Source: Caecitellus pseudoparvulus
Lineage: Eukaryota; Protista; Bigyra: Bicosoecida
Assembly: GCA_965644315.1 (NCBI GenBank)
Contig: CBFFRQ010000056.1
Location: forward strand, 248,001-312,000
Length of the DNA: 64,000 bases
Reading direction: 5' to 3'
The position numbers were made by a program, and so were the translations under genes. Below the pieces are notes generated by a model. The model saw only the letters and a program-made list of their open reading frames with translations, was not told where the DNA came from and did no database searches. Shown here piece by piece: positions 1 through 11,900 of this stretch; the stretch's first letter is position 1; each line of letters begins with the position of its first letter.

Positions 1-3000
1 CTCGCGGCTAGCGCCGCTCTGCCGCGCCGCACGGAACGTACGCTTGATTGCCTCTGCCTGCTTCTTGATAGCCTTGCGCTGCTCTGCTTCGGCCCGCCAT
101 GAGCGCTTGTCTACCACTGTGGACTCAATGGTGAGAGAGACGCCCTTGTCACGGAACTGCCGCTCGTACATCTTGGCAACTTCCTGCAGCGCATGCACGG
201 CGTCGAACGTGTCGTCCACGAACGTCATCATACCCGACGACACCTTGATCCAGTCCAGCACGCTGTTGGCGACGTCTTTCATCGCCGTCGTGCCCTGCAA
301 CGACACCTTGAGCATTTCGCGCATGTCCCCCAGCACACGGCGCGGCACAAGAACCAAAGCGTCCCCCGGCGCAACTGTGGGGGCAGTGTCAGGCTGTGCC
401 TCTGGCGCGCCAAATAAGCCAGGCAGGTCCTTGGGCAGCGCCTTGGACAGGAAGGGCGTCTCTGCTGCCAAGGTGGCCATCGCATTGCGCCAGGAGGTAC
501 CGTAGTGTTCAGCCCACTGTTTCCACACGCCGTAAAACTCTGTCGCATGGGCAATGGCATTGGACAGATCGTCTGCTGTGGGCGACGGGTGGGCAGGTGC
601 AGATTGGCCAGGGGCTGGGGCGCCGTGACTGGGGTGCCCCGCCTCCTTCCTGCCTTGCGGCTGGATCATACCCAATGCCTGTGCCGCCTGGAGGGGCACG
701 TGGGGCAGGTCTGCAGACAGGGCACGCCCCTCTTGGGCAGCTCTTAAGACAGCCGGCGACACAACGCCTCCGCCCGGCATGCCGATGGAGTGCGGAAGGC
801 CGGGTGTCGCGCCCATGCCTGCAGCAAAGGCCCCGAAGCCAAGGGCAGGACTGTACTCGGGCACTTCCTGATCCAGGAACTCCAACAATGCAGCCCACAC
901 GGGGCTTCGGGTGCCCGCAATCAAGCTGATGCCAGGGTCAGAGCCCAGAGCCGCCGGGTCTGGCAGATCGGGACAAGGAATGGGGCTGTTCCGGCCACTG
1001 GAAGCGTTGCCTGTCGCCGAGGGGCGAGTGGGCTGAGGAGAAATGCCCTGCATCCCTGATACGTCCACAGCGGGCTGCAGCCCACCTCCTCGCAGCTGGG
1101 CGATGCGCTGTTCATGCCTCCTGGCAGTGGAGTGCAGCGCCGCGATGGAGTCCCGGGCATGCCGGCCCCACTGTACACCTTGGTCCACCGACATGGCCCC
1201 CACCAAGACACCGCCCTGTCCGCCGCTCAGCTCCCACCGAGCTTCTTGTGCTGATGTGACTGAGGCTGCGAGGGGGTCGTCACCGTGCTCCAAGGCTGCT
1301 TCCCGCGCCCGGGTCGCGACATCCAGTGCAGCGGGCACATCCGCGGGTATCAACACGTCATGCTGTGGGTCAAGCTCTCCAAGAGCTGTGGGGGGTGTGC
1401 TGGTGTCAGCAGCTGACACGAGGGGCACAATGACCAATGCCAGCCCATGGGCGCCTACTGATGCAAACCCATGGCCACTGCCCTGCACACTGCCAATGTC
1501 AGTGCCTGAGGCGTCAATGGGCTGCAAGCCACTAGCGCCTTCCCGCACAGTGCTGCTCCAAGAGCCCTCTGGCGCATGGGATAGTGAGTGTTGGGCGGCG
1601 CTACCGGTGGCAGTGCCAGTTGCCAGCGTCGCTGAGGACGCTGACACCATGCGCCGGGGCTCGCCATGGGGCCCGATGGTCCACTTCTCGCTGCTGGTGG
1701 AGGCCGGGTGGCTGAGGCTGTACGACAGAGGCGCTGTCGCGCGAGGTCCAGCCTGCACGACTTGGGAGGAAGACGAAGCCACCGTTGCATGGGAAGGGAA
1801 GGAAGTCAGGGCCTTGGCTGACGCTGCAGCGTCGGCAGCACCCCACAAGCTGGCGCTGGCCGCTTCAGGCTCTGCTACAGGACTTCCAGTGGACTCCTCA
1901 CGCCCCGGTGCGTCGCTAGAGATGCTGCTGAAGGCACGACCACCAGAGGAGCCTGCGAACGCCACATCCATCTGTGGCACAGCTACCTGTGCTACGCGTC
2001 GCCGAATCGGGGCAGCTGGCTTGCTGTCGCTCGCTGGCGTCGGTGACGGCGCCGGACCAAGCCCTGGCGATGCAGGTAAGCTGCTGCGTGACGGCATGTG
2101 GAACACCTGCGCTGCGCCGCGCATGCCAGAGCGAGGGTTGCGGTTGGCCTGATATGTAGTTTTCGAGGAAGCGCTTGTGACACGCCCTGTGGCAGCGTCA
2201 CGGTCTGTCCTGGACACCACTAAGGCCCCATCTGCATCGGTGGCTACGAGGACGGCGCCAAGTCCGCTACCTGATGCAATGCGGCGATGCCCACGCCCAG
2301 CTGCGGGTTTCACAGCCGCAGGTTTGGCCCGCTCGCCACCAGACGCTCCGTGCATGCGAAGAGTGCCGTGCTGGGCGAGAAGGTGCTTCAACCCATCACT
2401 CATCTGCCCACCCACAAGCATTGAGGAGCTAGGGGAATGCTTGGCAGCACCAGTGCTGCCTTGCCTCGCCCCGTCGAGCACTTCCCCTCCAGCCAGAGCA
2501 TGCACGCTTGCACTGGCAGAGCGCCTGTGGCTACCACCGCCCAGCCGCAAGCCTGCTGTCTTGTACCCCATCGCCGACAGAAGCTGGGGCCCAGCTGGAG
2601 CGGACATGGCAGACGTTGCGTCGAACTTTCCGTACCGAGTTCGATCCTTGCCCCCTGAGCCATGACTGGCCACAGACCCAGCGCCGGATCTCCCAGTGTG
2701 GCCTCCTCCAAGTCCAGTGCCATCCGCAAACAAGACACCGGCGTATCCCGACCCAGTTCGCTGCAGCAACTGTTGCGCGTCACCCCCGCTCACCACCCTG
2801 CGATGCTTGCTGCGCCCAGAGGATGCATGGCCAGTAGAGTGCGACACGTGGGAAGAAGATGAGCCGTGTGAAGGATGGGGCGAGGGCAAGCCCCTGCGAT
2901 GCGCACCAGCCCGCCCCCCCTCCTCTTGGAGCAGCCGATCCCAAGTCATGCCCTCAGTGCCTGCCGACACACCCCGCGAATGGTGGGAGGAATGGGGGGA

Positions 3001-6000
3001 CATGGGGGGCTGGGAACTTGCCTCCTCACCTGGTCCTCGGCTTGGAGTGGATGAGCTGCCACCGGACACAACTGACGGCTTTCCAACAGATCCCTCTGGG
3101 GCCGCCGGCGTCGCGCCAGTCGAGCTGGCCCGTCGAATAGTACCGTGTGCAATGCCTTGCGTCCAAGCTCCTCGCGTGTGCGACGGACTCAGCGAAGCGC
3201 GGGCTGCAGCAGCATCTGAGTCAGGAACCACATCCCCGCTGTCAACCTGTCGCCAGCGTGGCCCATCACCTGCCTGGGCCGCCTGAACGATGCGCTGCGC
3301 GACATCTGCAGGGTTGTCATCGGGCTCTTCCGCATCCAACCCCCCTGAATGGTTCAATGCAGAGGCAAGGCCACTTGTGCCCAGCTGCGGGCTAAACTCA
3401 GGACGGAGCGGGAAGACATCGCTCCAGCTACCCGTGCCTCGCGAGTGCCCGCGTCCGCTGGTGTGCTGTGTGCTGGACGCGATGGGAGACGTCTCCATAA
3501 TTGGCGTCAGGGAGTGCTGCACTGGGGCTGCACCCGCATCAACACCTGGAACAACACTATGCCCCTGCTCTCCACTCAGGCGAATGCTGGACGCTTCGTG
3601 GGCATGGGGAGTGGATGCTCCCGAGGATCCAGCAGATGCCATGGTGGGCGGACCCCGCCCTCGTGCAGCAACACCCCCAGGCTGTTCTGTAGCACCCACA
3701 ACATCCTCCACTGAACCTTCTGGTGGGAGAGGGAACGTGGCCACAGCTGGTAGTGTGGAGAAATCTGGCTCGCGTGGAGGCACAGTCGCATGCGCAGGCT
3801 GAGACCCCACTGCCACTGCTGGGGTGCCGGGTTGCCCTGCCACTTTTGCACCAGCCAGTGGCACAAGGCGGGGAACAACCATAAGTGGTGGTGCTGAGAT
3901 CAAGTACTCCTCCACAATGGTTAACGCTTCCTGGGTGGACAGGTGGACGTTGTTCATGGGCACTCGCACTTCGTGCATCCAGTACCTGACGAACTGAGCC
4001 CGTTCCAGAGCGGAGGCTTCTGCGCTGGCTGCCAGTGCAAAGGCGTGGCGGTCTGACCCAAAGGCAGCCTGCAGCAACAGGGGAATGCCGAGGCCAAACA
4101 ACATGTACATGGAGGTGGTGGCAAAAACCCGCAGGATTGGGGACACGTCGGGGTCCAGAAGCAACGCCGCCATTATGACTAAGTACATGAGAGAGGCAGC
4201 CACGGGGAAGCTCACTGAGATGGCAGTCCGCCAGCAGGACTTATCGGTGGTGGGCGCACTGAGGAGAACGTAGCCTGCGCCAGCCGAGACACTCCCAATC
4301 CCAGCAGTCGTGAACGCAACAACCAGCACAGAGAGTGCAGCACCCCGGAGAAATGGCCACAGGCCCAGGCCTAGAATGCTAAGTAGAGGAAAGACATGGG
4401 CGAGTACGTACAGCCACCACCGCTTGGAGCAGGTGCGGCCCACCTGGTACATGTGCGGGACATGTGCGTTGGCGCCGGTGTCAGTCCGAACCTCGTTATC
4501 CAGGCCTTGCCATGTCCGCCCGGCGCCTTCACCGGGCCCTGCTGCACTGACGAATGCCTCTTCAACGGGCTGGTACCGCTTCACGTAGGCACCTCGGGGT
4601 CCTGCACACCAGCAGGGTGCAACCTCGAAGCCACAGCAACACATGTCCACCAGGCAGTCCCCAGGATGGTCGTCCTTGGAAGAAGGGGTTGAGCCGAGAC
4701 CTTTGGCCTGTGAGTCACCAAGGCGGATATTTTGAATGCCACTGGGCATGCTTGACACAGGAGTGTTGTGGCTGTTCGGCCGCTGCTTCGGACTCAGAGA
4801 CAGCGCGTCCGGCATGATGGGTTGTGACCCCGCACCACCCTCATCACTGTCACTTTCAGAACCCACGGGTGTGGGGGTGCGCTTGGATGGTCCAGGGCTG
4901 GAGCTTGTAACTGATCCTCGCTTGCGCCTCTTGCGGCGAGCGCGCTTGCCATCAGCGTGCGTGCGGGCGCAGCTGCACCAGGCGCTGGCCGGCGCGCGAT
5001 ACGGCGCCCAGCGGGTTTTGAAGAGGAGAAACCAAGCCATTAGAGTTGACGACGTTACCAGAATGACTGCCATGAGCAGGGTATCTGTCCATGGCACGAC
5101 TGCTGGCTGCTCCTCCATCACCCGCAGCTCCATGGCTGCCAAGGTGCCAGAGAAGTAGGAGCAGGCACTGGCGTTTCCCGCCAAGGGAGACGACCGCAAA
5201 CCCTCCAGCTGCGATCGGACTTCCAGAGCAAGGGAACTTTCCTCCCTGCTTTCTTGTGCCTGCGGCATGGAGAGGGGCGGTGTATGCGATCTGCATCATT
5301 GCGTTGGTGAATGCACACGAACCTGCACGGCGTCCTCCAGCCCTGTCCCCGAGCACAACGTATCAGCCATGCGCTGCAACATGTTCACAGGGGGCCATAG
5401 CCGGCGAGCTACAGTCGCAGGCAAGAAGTGCACGAAGGGCAGTTGCCCGGCCATGAGCAGTGCGTGGTGCACAGCCAAAGCGAGGGTGTTGAACATAGCC
5501 ACTTTGTTGGCCACCAGCGCCGAGTGGTTCGCCAAGTACATGCGCATGAAAGCCCTGCGAAGTAGGCGTGCCCCTCCGTGCAGTGCCCCTGCGTGCGCTT
5601 GCGACGCCTCGCTGCAAAGGCACTCACAAGACCATCAGGATGATGATGGAAAAGGCCATGACGCCTCGACTGAGGGCAAAGTACGCCGTGGAGGGCGACG
5701 GTGTGTATGTGTTGAAAGAGAAATCTACCCAAACCCGCTCAAATACTGCCTCAAATACAGGGCCATCTTCGCTGGTCGGCATTTGCTTGCTGTTGACGAT
5801 GCCCATGGCCGTTGGCAAGCTGCCGAGCAGCCCAAATACCGCAAGGCACAGCGCTCCCCAGGCCAGCATCTGTAAACCCGCCGGCCACTCCCATGGGCGG
5901 CGGTGACGCAGTGGCAGAAGACACGAATCAACTGCGATGTGTTTGAAGGTGCAGGGGGGAGACTGCTGCTCCCCAGCGCTGCTGGGCGGTGAACCATCGC

Positions 6001-6148
6001 CAACCTCAGCAACCCCAGCTTGGACGTCGCTGCCGACCTCCGCGACGCCCCGCTGAGCGCCAATCGCAAAGCCACCGCTGCGAAAAGCATCTTGCCCTGG
6101 TGCACTGTCATCCAGCAGGTCCGCTTGCTCCGGCCGAGAGAGCGACAT
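1..6148 (-). CDS. Multi-pass membrane sensor histidine kinase, 3'-partial. Predicted exons 6148-5628, 5554-5323, 5259-<1
   Basis: Codon-by-codon scan shows the minus frame open from 5295 to position 1 (absent from the ORF track because there is no stop in the window). GT-AG introns 5627-5555 and 5322-5260 join it in phase to ORFs 5624..6148 and 5296..5547. About 8 hydrophobic segments, then H-box FVRYWMHEVRVPMNN (~3950-3995), then near 150-320 the second DHp helix and HATPase lead-in MKDVANSVLDWIKVSSGMMTFVDDTFDAVHALQEVAKMYERQFRDKGVSLTIE. Confidence 0.85.
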
Positions 6149-6388
6149 GGCGCTGCCTCAGACAGCAGCGCCGCAGTCACGGTGAATGTCAAAGCGTCTG
6201 CCGGCAAGCCAGACCCTCTGAGCAGGCGCACAGCCACCGATTCAACAACAAACAGACCATGTAAAATCGCAGCGACGCTGTGCTGCGTGGTACCTTTCGT
6301 GCTACAAGAAGTCAAGGTGTCTGGATTTGCTCGTGCGGCAAGATGGCCGCAGAGGTCGCTCAACCTGGAGAAAGGAAGTGCTTCAGAC

Positions 6389-8518
6389 TCAGGACACGGT
6401 CAAGACCTTGCACATGTTGGTGCTGCCCTGACGCCCCTCCAACATCCCGTGCACAGCGACTACCTGGTCGCCCGAGTCCACCCAGCCCCACTCGCGGCAT
6501 GTCTCGATGGCCCGCAGCAAGATGCTGTCGGTGCCGATCATGCTGCCCATCACGCTCGCCTTGACGCCACGCATGTACCCCTCGCACTGGCGGGCGACCC
6601 AATCAGCAGCTGTCAGCACCAGCACGCGAGCTGCGGGGCGGTACTTGGAGATGAGGCGGGCGGTGTTGCCGCTCTCAGAACACACGATGATCACAGGTGC
6701 CTCGATGTCCACGGCTGTCTTGACTGCAGAGGATGCTGTCGCCTCCGCCGTGGAGATGTGCTTGGAGACTTCCTGTCGCACAGACTGTGAGGAGAAAAAC
6801 AGAGTCGATGTGGGCCAGCGGCGTGGATGCTGGCTAGCGTCAGGATGCGTACCGAGCGGACAGCTGTGTACAAGGAGTTGTAGTTCACAATGGACTCAGC
6901 CTCCAGGCACACCTTGGCCATCATCTCCACAGCCTTTAGGGGGTAAGCACCACCAGCAGTCTCCCCAGACAGCATCACAGCATCTGTGCCGTCCAGGACA
7001 GCGTTGGCGACATCAGTGCACTCAGCTCGGGTGGGGCGAGGGTTCTTGATCATGCTCTCCAACATTTGGGTGGCAGTGATGACAGGCTTGCCATGCAGGT
7101 TGCACTGGCGGATCATGCGCTTCTGGGCCAGAAACACCTTTTCTGTGAGGTGCGCCGAGCGCGGGAAGGGTGCGGGCGGTGCACGGCACGCATGGACCAG
7201 GCAATTGCCATACCCGGAGGGATCTCCATGCCCAAGTCACCACGTGCTACCATGATGCCGTCAGCAGCCTGCAGGATGGTCTCGAAGTTTTCCAGGCCTT
7301 CCTTGTTCTCGATCTTGGCAATGATCTTGATGTGGGCGCCCTCCTCCCCCAGCAACTTGCGGATGACCTCAATGTCGCTGCCCTTCCGCACAAAGGAAGC
7401 AGCAATGAAGTCCACGCCATATGGCACTGCGAACTTCGTCAGGTCCTCCGTGTCCTTCTCCGTGACGGTGGGCAGGTCTACGATGGCGCCGGGCAAGTTC
7501 ATGTTCTTGCGCTCGCCCAGGGTGCAGTCGTTCTCCACGCGCACCACGACGTGGTCCGCGTGGCACTCCTTCACAGTCATCACCAGAGCTCCGTCAGCCG
7601 CCAGGATGGGGCTGCCTGGCTTCACAGTGGATGGCAGGGATTGGTACGTGCACGCGATGGTGGAGCTGTCCCCCAGCACGTCGTAGTCCGTCACAATGGT
7701 GAGGTCTTGCCCCTTGGTCAGTTGAATGGGCTTGTGCTCCTTCAGAAAGCCTGTGCGGATTTCCGGGCCCTTGGTATCCAGCAGAATGGCAAGGTTGCTC
7801 TCGGGGCGCTCGGCAGCAGCTGCTCGCAGCTTTTCCACAGTGGCAGCGTGGGTCTGCGCCGTCGTGAGGGCGCCGTGTGAAGGAGAGCTCAAGAGGCAAG
7901 CGCACTGGATCTCTGTGTACTCACTGCGTGGTCTCCATGGGAGAAGTTGAGACGGGCGACGTTCATGCCTCTGGCGGGGGTCAGGGTTTGAGGGCGAGTG
8001 CACCACAGCCCAAGTGGGCGCCACCACGTTAGGCCAGCATGCGGCTCAGGGACTGTCAACGCACCGGTCAATCATTTCAATGAGAGTTGGCACTTCCCAG
8101 CAAGCAGGGCCGATCGTGCACACAACCTGAGCAAGGCAGCATGTGGGCCCAAGTGCAGCGCCTCAGTGGGTGTTGGACGACGAAACGCTGATCCAGCACA
8201 AACACCCCAGTCTGCTCCTCTGCACTTCGCCTAGAAAACGGAAACTGGAAGAATTTCCTCGTCATGCACGCGAGTACTGCCAGCCTGCTGTATTTTCGCC
8301 GCAGCTCCCATCGACAGCGTGGGCGCAAGCCAAAGAGGCTGAGGGTACGAACCTTGACCTTGCGCTCGTGTAGCTCGTGGGTGTCGAAGACCTTGTCCCA
8401 TCTGAAGGGGGGTAGAAAGGGAAAGCAGTTGGGTATGTTGGCAACCCTCTATGGTGAACGGCGCTGGGGGAGCGTACGTAATGCCAGCATTGCGCAAGCC
8501 AGTGTGGGCGGCAGCCAT
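6389..8518 (-). CDS. PK: Pyruvate kinase (7 exons predicted)
   Basis: Spliced translation contains [85 protein letters not shown]...PRPTRAE and [13 protein letters not shown]. Six GT-AG introns restore frame, including a 226-nt one at 8352-8127. Confidence 0.97.
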
Positions 8519-8994
8519 GTTGGTGTGGTGGTATGAGTTCACTGAAAGTCAGACTAGGCAGTGCTCTACGAAGAAAGCACAAAAGCTGATGCGATAGGTG
8601 AAAACTAGGCAGCCTTGGTCAAGATTAGGCGTGTGAAAAGTGGAAGACGACGGCCCACAGTGCATGCCTTGGCCATGTCCACCCCGCCAACTCCTCTGGA
8701 TCCCAGCCGGGCCTTCCCCTAGGGACGCTTGCCGGGCACCACAACAGGCGCAGCCAACATTTCCAATCACCTCCGTCGATTAACTCGCGGCTCACGCTCA
8801 TGTGGAGCTGGCACACGCGGCGTGTGAGCTACTTGCTGGCTGAAGGAGCCTCGAGGCTGCACACTGGTGAAACGCAGGCTGACAGGAAGCCGTGCTTGTC
8901 GCGGCTTGTCTGAAGGCTGCCCTCGGCATTGTCCACGGCAGGACTTGCCCATTGTTGCTCAGCTCCTGTGCCTGCTGTATCTGCGAGAGTCGAC

Positions 8995-11900
8995 ATGGAC
9001 GGGAAGCTTGACCAGCTACAGGGCGCAGTGGATTCTGGCGGAGTTTCGCTGGCCACCGACACTGTGGTGAGTGTGGACTGTGTGCGATGCGCTTGACTTG
9101 CAAACTGTGCACCTGCAGCCCTTGGAATTTCCCTCGCTTTGCAGCTGAACAACATCCTTGGCGAGGTTTCCGAAAGCATCACCCAGCGTGCCAGTGTGAG
9201 CTTTTTCCCCTGGGCTTGCGGCACTGCACCTGGCCAACAACACAAGCCTTGGATCGCCCTTCGTCACGCAGGCTCTCATGAAGAAGGTGGACAGCCTGGG
9301 CGATTGCATCCAAGAAGCATCCGTGGAATTCGGCAACACACACAATCAGTTCATGCTGCTGTCCAACACCCAGTTCATGGAGCATGTGAGTGACTGCCTC
9401 TGGCCCGCTGCTGCGAGCGCCCCGCTGGCAACTTGGCCACCCTACCTTCTCCACAGCGCGTGTATGATGACGACGCGGAGGTCATTGCAGAGTCTAAGGT
9501 GCCTAGTGTCGTGTACAACTCCGCAGAGCTCACAGAGGCCCGCAAGAATGCGGCACTCGTGCAGGCCAAGGAGGCGCTGAAGTTCTTCATTCCTCACGTC
9601 GAAGAGCAACATGCCGGTGCATCTGAAGCTGACCTGGACGCAGCCATGGCAGAAGCAGACATGTTTGGTTTCCCTCTTCCATTCGTGATTGGCACCGAGC
9701 GTTTCTTGGTTGACCCAACTGTCGGTTTGGGAGATGAGGAACCTCACGACGAAGGCGATCTGCAGCCTGCTCCTGAAGATGTGGGGGGCGGTATCGACGG
9801 CAGGACTGTAGCTGCAGCTCCAGTGCCGGCCCAGCCAGGTGCATCTCCGTTTGATGAGCCTGCGACCATGGGCACAGGGTCCCCTTTTGACGCCCCTCCT
9901 GCGCCAGCGCCCCAGCCTGCATCAACAGGTCAGGGTACAGTTCAGAGCGACGATGAAGATGACGGCGAAACGGCTTTCCAGGGTTTCGGTGCCGCAGGGC
10001 CGGACGAAGCTTCCCAGCCGCCACCTGCAAATCCTCTCATGGCTGCAATCAGGCAGCAAGGTGGTCGCACAGAGAGGGCAGACTCTGAGCCTGCGCAGCC
10101 ACCCCCGGCCAACCCACTAATGGCTGCCATTCGACAAAAAGGGGGGCAGGCTGGTGGAGCATCCAAGGCGCCAGCTGCTAGCGCTGCCCCACCTCGGCCG
10201 GCGGACCCGCAAGCAGACGTCATGGCCGCCATCGCGTCACGAGGAGGCAAGCCAGCTGCCCCCCCCGCCCCTGCCGCCCCCCAGGAGGTTGCCACGGATA
10301 GCGAGTCTGACGATGAAGAAGCGGCATTGTTTGCTGGAGGGGGGCGAAAGCCGGCTGGAGCCGCTTCTCGAGCCAGCTTGTTTGGCGACTCGCTCATGCC
10401 ACGGGGCCCCGCAGGCCGTAGGGCTGCACCAAGCAGTTCATTTGCAGGAGGCGGATTGTTTGGAGACGACGAAGACGATGCTGAGCTACTTGCATCGAGT
10501 GCTGCACCGGCCACAAGCACTGACTTACGCCAAGGTGCAGTTGACCCCTTCGCAGAGCCGCAGAGCGCTCCACCTCAGGAGCCCGCCCGCTCAGTGGAGA
10601 GCAACCCCGACGCACGCAGAGCAGCAGCAGCTGCCGGCCTTGCAGCTGCGGCGGCTTCAACACGCAACCCCCAGCCCACGCAAGGTGGCCTTTTCGCGGA
10701 TCCGCCGACGTCGAGCCCAAAGCCTGCTCCCAAACCGCAGCAGAGTGGAGGGGGTCTCTTTGGCGATGACAGCGGTGACGAAGGCACAGCCCAAGCTCCT
10801 GCACCGGCACCAAGCACCGCACTCTCAGGGGGGTTGTTTAGTGATGAACCCGATTCCGCCCCGGCACCCGCTCCACCTGCAACTCGCTCCATGGGCGGCC
10901 TCTTCGGGGATGACGAAGAGTCGTTTACGGCTCCAGCTGCACCCAAACCCAAGGCGAATATTGGCAAGGGCCTTTTCGGAGATGATGAAGATGATGAGGA
11001 CATGCCAACTTCTTCGCCTGCGACGCGCCAAGGTCCAATCATTTCAGGAGGGCTGTTTGACGATGACGATGGGGGTGTGTCGGCGCCATCCCCGGCACCC
11101 GCCGCCGCAGCACCAGCGCCCACGCCCGCGACGCCTCTGGGCGGGTCACTGTTTGACGATGACGATGGGGGTGTGTCGGCGCCATCCCCGGCACCCGCCG
11201 CCGCAGCACCAGCGCCCAAGCCCGCAGCACCTCTGGGCGGGTCACTGTTTGACGATGACGATGGGGGTGTGTCGGCGCCATCCCCGGCACCCGCCGCCGC
11301 GGCACCGGCGCCCAAGCCTGCAGAGCAACGGACAGCACTTGTGGGCTTGGCTGCTCCCGCCAATGTGCGCCAGCAGAGTGCAGGGTCAGACTCCACAGCA
11401 TCTGACTGGAGTGACACTGATGTGAAGCCCGCTGTGCCGGTGACAAGAACCACGGCACCAGCCGCCGCGGCACCGGCGCCCAAGCCTGCAGCACCTCTGG
11501 GCGGGTCACTGTTTGACGATGACGATGGGGGTGTGTCGGCGCCATCCCCGGCACCCGCCGCCGCGGCACCGGCGCCCAAGCCCGCGACGCCTCTGGGCGG
11601 GTCACTGTTTGACGATGACGATGGGGGTGTGTCGGCGCCATCCCCGGCACCCGCCGCCGCGGCACCGGCGCCCAAGCCCGCGACGCCTCTGGGCGGGTCA
11701 CTGTTTGACGATGACGATGGGGGTGTGTCGGCGCCATCCCCGGCACCCGCCGCCGCGGCACCGGCGCCCAAGCCTGCAGAGCAACGGACAGCACTTGTGG
11801 GCTTGGCTGCTCCCGCCAATGTGCGCCAGCAGAGTGCAGGGTCAGACTCCACAGCATCTGACTGGAGTGACACTGATGTGAAGCCCGCTGTGCCGGTGAC

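Noticed and set aside
340-3900. Intein or nested transposon explaining the histidine kinase insert
   Set aside because: Translation is low-complexity, with no Hint-domain blocks, terminal His-Asn, endonuclease or transposase motifs.
4060-4440. Rhodopsin-histidine kinase
   Set aside because: The last helix before the H-box has no retinal-binding Lys (DxxxK) motif.
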